Shown piece by piece: positions 1-9,300 of a stretch of 64,000 nucleotides of DNA. This stretch comes from an uncultured Clostridia bacterium. Lineage in GTDB: Bacteria > Acidobacteriota > Blastocatellia > UBA7656. The stretch covers positions 115,872 through 179,871 of the forward strand of contig CAZJQQ010000004.1 of assembly GCA_964548075.1 (NCBI GenBank), given 5' to 3'. Each line of letters opens with the position of its first letter. Position 1 is the stretch's first letter. The notes beneath the pieces were generated by a model that saw nothing but the letters and a program-made list of their open reading frames with translations, ran no database searches and had not been told where the DNA came from. The position numbers were made by a program, and so were the translations under genes.

Positions 1-939
1 CCAGCGCGTGCGAAGCGCTTTCAGGACGCCTGCAGGATGTCGCAGGTAAGTTGCCATAGGCGGCAGATAGGACAACGGCGGGTATCGCTCCGGAAAGGGC
101 CGGTCCCAGTTCTTCATCACATCGCGCACCAGCCATCGCGGCAGGCGTTTCGCTCTGTGCGCCGCCGGCGTGTCATCGACTCGAGCTTCCAGCAACTGGT
201 GCGCGAGACCGATCGCACATGCGACCCAGTCCGCCTGACGCTGGTCGCTTCCAAGGCACCGCTCCCAGTCGAAGCTCGCGGACCGCGACTCAACCGCTGC
301 CGCAATATCACAAAGCCACATCGGCCGCCACGCGCTATGCCGCAAGAAGTGCGTGCACAGGATGCGAAGCTGGTCTTCCGAACCCAACAAACGAAACTCT
401 GCTTCGCCAAGCCGCGCAGGCTCGGACCGCGTCATCAATTCATCCAGGCTCAGATCGTCCAGCTTGCCGAATCCCTCGTGCACGTCAACACTGTACTTTC
501 TTGCATCGGGACTCCGGAGTACCGAAACCGCCTTCTGATACTGGTCAGGCGAGAAGCACAAGTCTATGTCACCGTAAGGCCGCAGTCCCTCCTCCGGATA
601 CAAGCGCGCAACCGCCCAGCCTTTCACCAGCACCGGCTCCACTCCGGCTGAGTTCAGCAGCAAGATGACTTCTTCGATTTCGGTCTTGTGAATTGCGGCC
701 TGGAGGGAATGAAGTTGATACGCGGATCTCAATTGGTCCGCAGCCTCGCACTCGCTCAAGCTGCTGTCGCGAATACGCCACCAGCCAAGCGCCGCCGCGC
801 CTGACTGCAAGAGTAGCGGCGCGATTAGCTCAAGTTCTTCGGCAGAAATGTTCGGATCGGGAGAGACCGCGCGCCAACTGCCCGCGAGAAAGTTCGCAAC
901 GACACGGCCGAGCGATTGAGTTGCGTCTGTCTCAGTCAT
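1..939 (-). CDS. Nucleotidyltransferase family protein (NTP_transf_5-like), 5'-partial at window edge; start ATG at 939
   Basis: Minus-strand frame reads MTETDATQSLGRVVANFLAGSW...VEPVLVKGWAVARLYPEEGLRPYGDIDLCF..., which matches the uncharacterised nucleotidyltransferase family motif (PxLxKG...YP....R...DIDLxx). It is open to the window start. The plus-strand ORFs 37..651 and 219..668 are Arg-rich antisense artefacts. Confidence 0.6.
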   Translation of the reverse strand, partial: MTETDATQSLGRVVANFLAGSWRAVSPDPNISAEELELIAPLLLQSGAAALGWWRIRDSSLSECEAADQLRSAYQLHSLQAAIHKTEIEEVILLLNSAGVEPVLVKGWAVARLYPEEGLRPYGDIDLCFSPDQYQKAVSVLRSPDARKYSVDVHEGFGKLDDLSLDELMTRSEPARLGEAEFRLLGSEDQLRILCTHFLRHSAWRPMWLCDIAAAVESRSASFDWERCLGSDQRQADWVACAIGLAHQLLEARVDDTPAAHRAKRLPRWLVRDVMKNWDRPFPERYPPLSYLPPMATYLRHPAGVLKALRTRW

Positions 940-970
940 TGCACTTGTGCAGCCAGGGTTCTGCGTCCAG

Positions 971-1019
971 GCTCAACGCTAAAAGAAAACGGGCTGAGGT
1001 TCAGATGATAACTGAACCT
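971..1019 (-). terminator. Rho-independent terminator for the 1053..5957 gene
   Basis: Perfect hairpin gggctgaggttcag/ctgaacctcagccc at 984..1019. On the minus strand it is followed by GTTTTCTTTTAGC. Confidence 0.5.
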
Positions 1020-1052
1020 CAGCCCGCCAGTCAGGACGTGGTTACGGCGATG

Positions 1053-4000
1053 CTATTTGAGTCTCATCGCCGGATCGCCGAACAAGATCCACGAACGACG
1101 CACATCCGCATCAGTAACAGCTAGCTTCGCTCGCGCCGCCGCCTCGCCAACAGTGATCGAGCCGCCGCCGAACAACAGCCGATACAACTCCTGGTTCAAC
1201 GTCTCCTGCTCCCCGGGCAAGCACTGCGCCGACGACGCCCACACCGCCGCCGCGCCCCCGTTCGCCTTGAGCAGCGATTCCGCCAGGCTATCCAGCACCG
1301 GATCGTCGAAGTAGCCGTTAAGGCACGTCATCATCACAAAGAACGCGAGCTTCTGGCTGTTGGTCATGCTCGCCGCATCGCCGTTGGTCAGAATGTTGCC
1401 GCGCCACTGGTTCACCGAACCGTGACCATTGTAGTTCACGATCGTCTTCCCCTGATTGATCGCCGCCAGTATCTGGCTCTTCACCGTTGCGTCATCGCCC
1501 GACCCCCGCACCACTTCCTGCACCTGCATCCCTCCAGGCACCAGCGGCCTCAACGCTGCCATGACACCCGCGAAGTTGTATCCGTCATTCAGGTCCGCTG
1601 TCAGCAGCACCGAGTTGGACCCCGTCGAGCTTTCGTAGCTCACGATCTTTCCGACTAGCGCCGCCGACTCAGCTGCATTACGCGCCGGCAACCGCCCGCT
1701 TGCTATATCCGGCAATCCCGTCCCCTGGAAGTCCACGAACCAGTCGTCGCTCGCCGCTTCCATGTACGCGCTGTCGTATAGCTTCGTCGGCACTAGATCG
1801 CTGTCCCCGTACCCCAGATAGTTCTTCGGGTCATAGCTCGAATCGCCCGCAAACACCACAAAGCGCGGCAGCCGCCTCCAGTTGTCCCGGGTGAACCTAA
1901 GGAAGTCCTTGATCGATTGTGGCGACTTATTGCCGTAGCTGAACTCGTCATACAGGTCTTCCACATCCACTACCGCCACCGACAACCCCTGGCTTTCCCT
2001 CAGCGCCTTCAGCGGTCCCAGGCTCCCCTTTAGTTCCTGCGTCGTGATCACAACGTAGTCGTGCTGCAGACCCTTCTCGTGCCAGTTCGACGGCGCGTTG
2101 GCCTTCGCCGTTGCGCTCATCGCCCTCGCCCCGGTGAACGCCAGCAGCGATCTCGTCCCAATGCCCGGCGGCGTCAGCGTGATGCTCGAATTGGACTTCG
2201 ACCCGCCGATCGTCCCGGTCAGTTCCTGCGGGCTACTCACGTCCGTAACATCCATGACCCGAACATCGGACGACGTGAATCCCCCGATGGTCACCGGCTG
2301 CCCGGCCTTAACCACCGCGCGCAACTGGTTGCTGTCAGCCGTCAGAGTATGCGTGTAAGAAACCCGCACCGTGTCCATCAGGCTGATGTCGGCGCTGCCC
2401 CCCTGCGCGATCAACTGCACAGTGTTCACTCCTTCGCGCAATTGCGACTGGGCGATCGGGAAGCTCGCCTTTCCGCGCTCCTGACCATTAAAGCTCACCG
2501 TGCCCACTGCGACTCCGTTGAGCGTCACTCGCGCCTGATGCGGCGTCAGCGTCACTCCTTGCAGGTACACGGCAAGCGTCGCCTGTGACAATGAGCTCGA
2601 TGCGACGTTGGTCAACGTCAACGACTGGTCCACCGCCGTGCTCCCAACCACTGGCCCAAAGAAGTTTTCCGCATCCCCGTTGCGCAATCCCGCGAAGTAC
2701 AACGTGCGGTCCTTGCGCTCGACTGCGGCGGCGAAACTCCCGGGCGCGTTTAGACCCCCCGCCGTCTTCGTTGCTTTGATGCGCGCGCCGTTTTGCCCTC
2801 CGGCCACCAGCCAGTAGACGTGGGTGCTGGTCGCCGCGCTGTTCAACCCTAAGCCGTAGAACTCGATGCTATCGCTAGGATCGAGCTTGCCGTCCAGCTC
2901 GCCGTTGACGATGATCGGCACTTGCGCGCCGTCGACATACAGTTGCAGGTTTCGCGCATCCACGTTTGCACTCAAGCCTGCGGCAACCAGGTCTTGCTGC
3001 TTGATGCGATACCAGCCCTCTTTGTTGACTCCAAGCTTGACGGCTTGCTGACCCGCCAGATCGGTCTGTTGTTTGATTGCTGCAGGCGTGAGGCTCGCGA
3101 TTTCTGCCTGACGCTCAACCACCGTCGAGCCTTGCCCGAGTGTCATCTGCGCCGAGGCTAGACCTATGCGGGTCAGCAAGACTGACTGCTCGACGCTCGG
3201 CGCCTTGCCGCCTTTCGCGTCGAGGCTGATGGGTCCAGTCCACGTGCTCTTGCCGCTGAGGTCAACGTCTTCGAGCCAGTAGCGCGTCCCCGCCTGTGTC
3301 AACTGGTCGCCCCACGCGTAGGACTTGCCGGCCGTGAGGGCAACCTTGGGTCCGGTCACAAGCGCGGACCCGGCGATCGTCTGCGGATTGATCTTCGTAC
3401 GCTGCCCGTTCGCCTCGCGATAGACGTTGTAGCCGAGGTTGTCTACTTCATAACCCGAGCTCCACCGCAACAGCACCCGCCCGTCATCGAAACCTTCGGC
3501 AGTGAATGTCTTCACCTTTGCCTCTGTGGGAGCGGTGCAAGAGGGAAACTTGAACGAGCCGATGCGCGTGTTCCAGTTCCTGGTCGCGTCGGCGCCGACG
3601 TTGGTGAAGTACATGCCGGCGTACCAGAAAGTGCAATCGTCGGCCGGGTCAACACTCATCGACGTGTAATCGCCCCAGCGATGAATGGGGGTGCCGCCGG
3701 CAGTAGTGGTTTGCGGGCCGGTGCCGGCGATCAGTTGGACTTCCGTCTGCGGCAAGTTATTGAGCGGATCGCCAACGAGACGCCCGGAATAGGCAATGCT
3801 CGGGAAGTTCGGGCTGGTTACGTTGGAGGTGCTGTAGCCGAGCGCCACGTTGCCAACGTGGTCGGCGGCGATACTCGCCATCCAGCGATAGAGGGTGGTA
3901 TCCGGGGCGTAAATCTGGGTTTGAACCATCGTCGTTGAAACGACGCCGCCGGTCACATTGAGTTGCGCCCACTGCGGGCGGGCCGTGGCGCCGGCAGACC

Positions 4001-5957
4001 GCGTCGTTTGCGTCACCCACAATGATTCGACGCCGCCGACGATGCGATATTGCACCTTTTGCATCAGTCGGTCGTCGAGCGTATCAAGATTATGTGACGC
4101 GGTCGCTGGCGGCGGCTGCGGCACCACATCCCCCAGGCTTAAGCCGTAGGCGGCTTGGGTGATAATGGTTGCCGCGCCAAGCGTGCCCCCGCCGGCACAA
4201 TTAGCGCCCGGTGTAAACTTTCTCACTTCGAATGCGAATATGCTTGTCGACTCTGATACAAAGTAGTTCGGAGTGTTGGCTGGGGGTACGTTGCCGACTC
4301 CTCTCGCGCCGCTGATGTTGCTGGGGATCATGGTAAAGATAGTGCTAGTAGGGATGAAGCCGATTGCCCCTCTGAGCACGGCGCCACTCTCCATATCCGA
4401 TTTGTTGAACGAGGCAAACAGCACGCCTGAGAACGCCGTGCCATTGGCGCCGAATTCGTTGGCCGCCATGTAAAGGCAGCCGTCGTTCCAGTTGCCAAAC
4501 TTGGGATAGTCGTTGAGCGTCGTCGCAGGGACTGCGCCGGTATCCATTTGCACGGCATAAAACCACCAGCCGCCGGCGACCGGATCGTTGGTCTTGGAAA
4601 TCGCGAAGCATTGATAATACGGCGCGATCGGATTGCCGCCGGACGTAGCAAAGGCAAAGTTGGTGAGAATCCAGCGATCCCCAAACTGATCGTAGACCAC
4701 CACCGGGTCGCCAAAATTATTGGCGTTGCACGGCGTCCCGATTCCTTGCCCGGCCCACAACGAATTCTCTGTAAAGCTCGCGAGCAGCGTGCCGGTCTTG
4801 CTGTAGATGGCAAAGGCATCGTTGACCGACAGGATGTAGTGGTTTAAGCCGACATCGCCGTTGACGTCCGGCGGCCAGCCCGCGCCTGCCTGTCCCCCCG
4901 TAACTGCACTGTTAAAGCTCAACCCCGCAAAGTTTTGAGTCGGACTGGGCATTGGGGCCAGCGGGATGTTGTTGGGAGTGTTGCTTACCGGAGCCGCTGC
5001 TCCTGCCGCGACCTTTTCGGGATTCAGCTCCTTTTCCACTTCGACTTCGATCTTTGGTATGGAAGGCACAGCGGGCAGGTCGCGCACATCGCCGTTATAT
5101 TCGGAGGGCCTGATGCCTGCTATGTCATAAGTGATGCCGTCCATACCCTTCGCTGCCAGCTCTTCTTTGGAAAGCCCTTTGATCTGCGGCTCCGGCGATG
5201 CAGTTGTCGCGGCAGCGCCGTTCAGTGTTCCGGCGGCCGCAAGCCTTCTTCTCTCTGCTCGCTCCTCGTGCTCGCGCGCTTCTTCCTTATTCGCATCGTG
5301 CGATTCGGCTGACGCCACTACCGCGCCTTTTGCCGTCTGTGCATTCGCGTCTGCCTTCGCCGATTCGGCAGCCGTTGGCGATGACGGCTTGACGACCTCC
5401 GGATTGCGGCGGATTGAGAACACCGGGTTCCTCTCCGGAGTCACAGGCGGCGGCAGAGGCGAGGGTCGGAAGACGCCCTGGCCTATCGCGAGTGCGTTCG
5501 CCGGGCTCTGACGCTGCGCTCTTTGCGCGAGCCCTTTGCGTCCCAGCAGCTTTGGCTTCGCGGTCCTTGCTAACTCGCGTATTCGCGAGCCGACGAGTTT
5601 ATTGCTCGCCCTGATTCCGGCGGCGGATTTCTGCGCGTCATGGCCGAGCACGTCAGCGGCCGGGCTGTTGGGCTTTGCCTCTTGCGAGCCGGGCGGTCCC
5701 GCAGCCGTGGACGCTGCTCCCGATGTTGGCGCTACGCTGCTTGCGGCCAGTGATGTCGCAGCGTGTTGCCCAGCAACAGTCGGTTGAGAAGATCTTTTCA
5801 TGAAGAGCAGACTAATGCCTGTTGCGAGGATGGCAAGGCATAGCGATACAAGCATCGCGCGCGAAAAGTTATTCTTGCGATTGCTCGATTCCCCCGGGAG
5901 GCCGGCCAATTTCGGGGCGTTCTTGATACTCATTGATGCTTCTCCTCTACTGCTCAC
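1053..5957 (-). CDS. Giant membrane-anchored surface protein (1634 aa) with a C-terminal peptidase C25 (gingipain-like) domain
   Basis: N-terminal signal-anchor (AMLVSLCLAILATGISLLF), then low-complexity A/S/P-rich linkers and a conserved beta-rich middle region. C-terminal about 400 aa resemble a C25 cysteine peptidase: ...VNYNGHGSVNQWRG (His) and FFVMMTCLNGYFDDP (Cys). Paralog of 6324..12509. Confidence 0.8.
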   Translation of the reverse strand: MSSRGEASMSIKNAPKLAGLPGESSNRKNNFSRAMLVSLCLAILATGISLLFMKRSSQPTVAGQHAATSLAASSVAPTSGAASTAAGPPGSQEAKPNSPAADVLGHDAQKSAAGIRASNKLVGSRIRELARTAKPKLLGRKGLAQRAQRQSPANALAIGQGVFRPSPLPPPVTPERNPVFSIRRNPEVVKPSSPTAAESAKADANAQTAKGAVVASAESHDANKEEAREHEERAERRRLAAAGTLNGAAATTASPEPQIKGLSKEELAAKGMDGITYDIAGIRPSEYNGDVRDLPAVPSIPKIEVEVEKELNPEKVAAGAAAPVSNTPNNIPLAPMPSPTQNFAGLSFNSAVTGGQAGAGWPPDVNGDVGLNHYILSVNDAFAIYSKTGTLLASFTENSLWAGQGIGTPCNANNFGDPVVVYDQFGDRWILTNFAFATSGGNPIAPYYQCFAISKTNDPVAGGWWFYAVQMDTGAVPATTLNDYPKFGNWNDGCLYMAANEFGANGTAFSGVLFASFNKSDMESGAVLRGAIGFIPTSTIFTMIPSNISGARGVGNVPPANTPNYFVSESTSIFAFEVRKFTPGANCAGGGTLGAATIITQAAYGLSLGDVVPQPPPATASHNLDTLDDRLMQKVQYRIVGGVESLWVTQTTRSAGATARPQWAQLNVTGGVVSTTMVQTQIYAPDTTLYRWMASIAADHVGNVALGYSTSNVTSPNFPSIAYSGRLVGDPLNNLPQTEVQLIAGTGPQTTTAGGTPIHRWGDYTSMSVDPADDCTFWYAGMYFTNVGADATRNWNTRIGSFKFPSCTAPTEAKVKTFTAEGFDDGRVLLRWSSGYEVDNLGYNVYREANGQRTKINPQTIAGSALVTGPKVALTAGKSYAWGDQLTQAGTRYWLEDVDLSGKSTWTGPISLDAKGGKAPSVEQSVLLTRIGLASAQMTLGQGSTVVERQAEIASLTPAAIKQQTDLAGQQAVKLGVNKEGWYRIKQQDLVAAGLSANVDARNLQLYVDGAQVPIIVNGELDGKLDPSDSIEFYGLGLNSAATSTHVYWLVAGGQNGARIKATKTAGGLNAPGSFAAAVERKDRTLYFAGLRNGDAENFFGPVVGSTAVDQSLTLTNVASSSLSQATLAVYLQGVTLTPHQARVTLNGVAVGTVSFNGQERGKASFPIAQSQLREGVNTVQLIAQGGSADISLMDTVRVSYTHTLTADSNQLRAVVKAGQPVTIGGFTSSDVRVMDVTDVSSPQELTGTIGGSKSNSSITLTPPGIGTRSLLAFTGARAMSATAKANAPSNWHEKGLQHDYVVITTQELKGSLGPLKALRESQGLSVAVVDVEDLYDEFSYGNKSPQSIKDFLRFTRDNWRRLPRFVVFAGDSSYDPKNYLGYGDSDLVPTKLYDSAYMEAASDDWFVDFQGTGLPDIASGRLPARNAAESAALVGKIVSYESSTGSNSVLLTADLNDGYNFAGVMAALRPLVPGGMQVQEVVRGSGDDATVKSQILAAINQGKTIVNYNGHGSVNQWRGNILTNGDAASMTNSQKLAFFVMMTCLNGYFDDPVLDSLAESLLKANGGAAAVWASSAQCLPGEQETLNQELYRLLFGGGSITVGEAAARAKLAVTDADVRRSWILFGDPAMRLK

Positions 5958-6094
5958 GCAAGCGCTAGTTCATCCAGCCCTGCGTGCATATTAAAGTGAC
6001 TGGTTCAATTTCGACCCGGGGGGAAGGTCTTTGCGGTATTAGTCATCTTCGGCGACCGCCGCGCTGATTGTTCTGCTTCCGATTAACCGCCCGC

Positions 6095-6123
6095 CATATT
6101 ATCCAGCTTTGACTTTGACATCA
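6095..6123 (-). promoter_or_regulatory. Sigma70-like promoter for the 1053..5957 gene: TTGATG, 17-nt spacer, TAATAT
   Basis: Minus strand reads TTGATGtcaaagtcaaagctggaTAATAT about 135 nt upstream of the start codon. The same arrangement is conserved upstream of the paralog. Confidence 0.4.
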
Positions 6124-6240
6124 AGAGTGTGGCGGGAAGAGCACGGAAGGGAAATCAGGAGTAGCGTGTCTGATCTCATTGTAAAGCGTTCTGCGACCAT
6201 GATAACGAATATAGCATCAGCTCATGAGCGGCGAAGAACG

Positions 6241-6270
6241 CGGGCCGGAGATCAATTGAATCCCCGGCCC
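6241..6270 (-). terminator. Possible terminator hairpin after the 6324..12509 gene
   Basis: gggccgg agatcaattgaatc ccggccc forms a 7-bp GC stem. There is no clear T-tract on the minus strand, so this is weak. Confidence 0.25.
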
Positions 6271-6323
6271 TCAGTAGTTCCTTTTTGCTGGGTGCGATCC
6301 AGCCGCACTACCAATCGCAGCAG

Positions 6324-9300
6324 CTACTTGAGCTTCATACTTGGATCTCCCAGCAGAATCCACGTTCGCCTCACGTCGCCGTTTGTGACCGCGGCCTTCG
6401 AACGCGCCGTCGCCTCGCCTATCGTTATCGGAGTTCCATTGAAGATCATCCCGAACACTTGCTGATTCAGAATCGCTTGAATGTCTGGCGTGGTCATCCC
6501 CGACGATCCCCACACCGCAACGGCTCCCCCATTGGCTTTCAGCAAGCTTTCGGCGAGACTGTCCAGCGCCGCGTCCTGAAAGTAGCCGTTCAAGCACGTC
6601 ATCATCACAAACATCGACAACTCACCGGCGTTAGTCAGCCCGGCGGCGTCCGCCGAAGTCAGGATGTTGCCTCGCCATTGATCCACCGACCCGTGACCGG
6701 TGTAGTTGACGATGATCTGCCCGCGATTGATCGCGTCGATCAGTCTCGCTTTCGCGGTCGCATCGTCCAGGTGAGCTCGATCCACTGTCTCGACTCGGAT
6801 GTTGGGCGGAATGAAGCCTCTCAACAGATTGCTCGCACTCCCAAAGTCGTAAGTGTCGTTGTGATCGTTCACCAACAGCAACGTGCCGGCTGACGGCTGG
6901 CCGTCGTAGCTGGCGATCTTGGTGGCAAGGCGCAACGCTTCGGTTGCCGAACGCGCCGGCAAGCGGCCAATAGCCATGTCCGGCAAGCCGTCGCCGTTGA
7001 AATCAACCAACCAGTCGTCGGAAGCCGTCTCCATGTACTGCGTGTCAATCAGTTTGGTCGGCACCAGATCCGAGTCGCCGAACCCCAGATAGTTCTTCGG
7101 ATCGAAGCTCGCATCGCCGGCCAGCATCACGAAGCGCGGCGCTTTCTTCCAGGTGGTGGCGGCATACGCCAGGAAGTCTTTCACTGCTTGCGTCGTCTTC
7201 TGACCGTAGCTGAACTCGTCGTAGACATCCTCTATGTCCACGACCGCCACCGAATATCCCTGCTTCTGCCTTAATGACACCAGCGAGCCGAGCGATGCGA
7301 AGAACTCGCGGCGAGTGAGTATCACGAGGTTCGCACCGTTGCCGGGCTGGCGCCACGACGATGGGCTGTTGGGCGCAAGGCTGACGGGTTTCGACATATC
7401 GCCCGCAATCGCCAGCAGCGTGCGCGGCTCCGCGCTTTGAGGGTTGAGCGACACCGCGTAGCCGCCGCTCTTCTGCTGTTGCACGGTCCCGATCAGTTCC
7501 TGCACCGCAGCGGGATTGGTGATGTCGAGCACGCGAATGGCAGGGCTGCTGAAGCCGTCAACCGTGACCATCTGTTTCCCGGCGACGGTGAACCGCAGCG
7601 CGTTGCCTTCAGCCGTGTAGCGATGCGGGTACGTCAGCCGAATATAGTCAACGAGACTGATATCGCTCGGTCCCCCTCGCGAAGTGAGGCGCAAGACATT
7701 TTGTCCTTCCCTCAACTGCGGCGCCTGAACGTTGAATCGTCCGACGCCTTCCGACTGGCTGTTGAAGGAAATCGTGCCCGCGTACGAACCGTTCAACTCG
7801 ACCGTGACATTGTGCGCGGCGGTAGTGACGCCTTGGAGAGCTACTTCCAGCGTTGCACCGTCGCTCGATCCCGTTTCGACCCGCGACAGCGACAGCGATT
7901 GATCCACCGGGTCGCGCGCTATGACCGAACCAAAGAAGTTCTCCTTGTCGCCGTTGCGCAACCCGGAGAAGTAGATAGAGTGGTCACGGCGCTCAACCGC
8001 GTACGGGAAGGTGCCGCCGGTGGCATCCGGACCCGCAGCATTGTTCTGACCGATGCGCTTGCCCGGTTGATCGCCGGCCGTGAGCCAGTACGTGCGCAAG
8101 TTCGTGTAAGCCGAATCTACGCCGATCCCGTAGAACTCGATGGCCGAGAGCCGGCCGTCTTTTTCGGTGACAACGTTGATAGGTTGTTCCTGCCCGTCCA
8201 CTGAAAGCCGCAGCAGGCGCGGGTCAACGCGCGAATCGAGTCCGGCTGCTGCCAGCTCGGATTGTGAGACTTGATACCATCCCTCCCGCTGCACTGAGAT
8301 TTTGACGGCTGACTGACCGGCGATGATCGCCTGACTCGCCAGTCCCGCGATGGTCATCGGTATCTGCGTGGTTCTCGGCTCGAGCGGCGAGGTTGTGCCG
8401 TCCGCGTCCGCGCTGCCAGTGAGTTCGCCTATCAGCTTCGACTGTGGTTCGACGTCGGCGGACGATAACTTCTTGACGCCACCGGTAGTCCCGCGCACAG
8501 GCCCGTACCATATGCTGGAGCCGTCGAGATCGATCGACTCAAGCCAGTACATCGAGTCGGCATTGCTGCCCTGCGAGTCGCGCCACACGTAAGACCGGCC
8601 CGCGCCAAGCACAGTCCTGGCGCCGACAAAGAGCGCCGAGCCGGCGACGAAGTCGGGCGTCACTCGAACGCGTTTGCCGGCGTCTTCGCGGTAGATGTGG
8701 AAGCCGAGGTTGGCGACCTCGTATCCGGTTTGCCATCGTAGGAGCACGCCGCCATTCGGACTGTTTGGAGTCGCGGCATAGCCGTCGGCTGTGAACCAGT
8801 TCAGCGTGGCGTCGGTCGGCGCGGTGTCGTCGAAGCAAACTGTTACATCATTGACGGTTGGCGTTACCGTGCTGTCGGTCGTGGACAGGTAAGCCTTGTA
8901 CTTCAGATAGCGATTGCCGTTGAACTGAGTGAGCGAAGCGCCGCTGGTGGTAAAGAAGGTCGCGGCGGTGCCGTCGGGGCCAACAAAGTTGAATGGGCCT
9001 ACATCGCTGGTGCTGGCCGCCACCTGGAACTGGAGGGTGGTGTTTGCCGGGACGGTGGCATTCCACGACAGCGTGGGCCAGGTGGGAACCAACCCGACGG
9101 CCGGGTTCGCGTCCTTCAGTGAGGAGACGAACGTGCCTGAAGGCGTCGTCATGAAAGTCCTGAAGCCAGCATCGGTTACAACGCCGCCAGTCAGGGGAAC
9201 GGTCCAGACCGTACCGCTCGTAGCTCCGTTGACCCGGTCACCGCCCGCGTAGAGGCTGGCGCCGGTCGTGGAACTGCCGGTACGGGTGATCGCGTAGGTT

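Noticed and set aside
37-1124. Plus-strand ORFs 37..651, 219..668, 353..538 and 693..1124
   Set aside because: Arg/Ser/Pro-rich with no domain pattern. They lie antisense to a well-formed minus-strand nucleotidyltransferase reading frame and are typical high-GC shadow ORFs.
6109-6893. Plus-strand ORFs 6109..6465 and 6285..6893, and the many 60-250-aa ORFs inside 1053..12509 on both strands
   Set aside because: They overlap the two giant minus-strand genes, whose frames show clear domain structure. The overlapping ORFs are low-complexity Arg/Gly/Pro-rich shadow frames.
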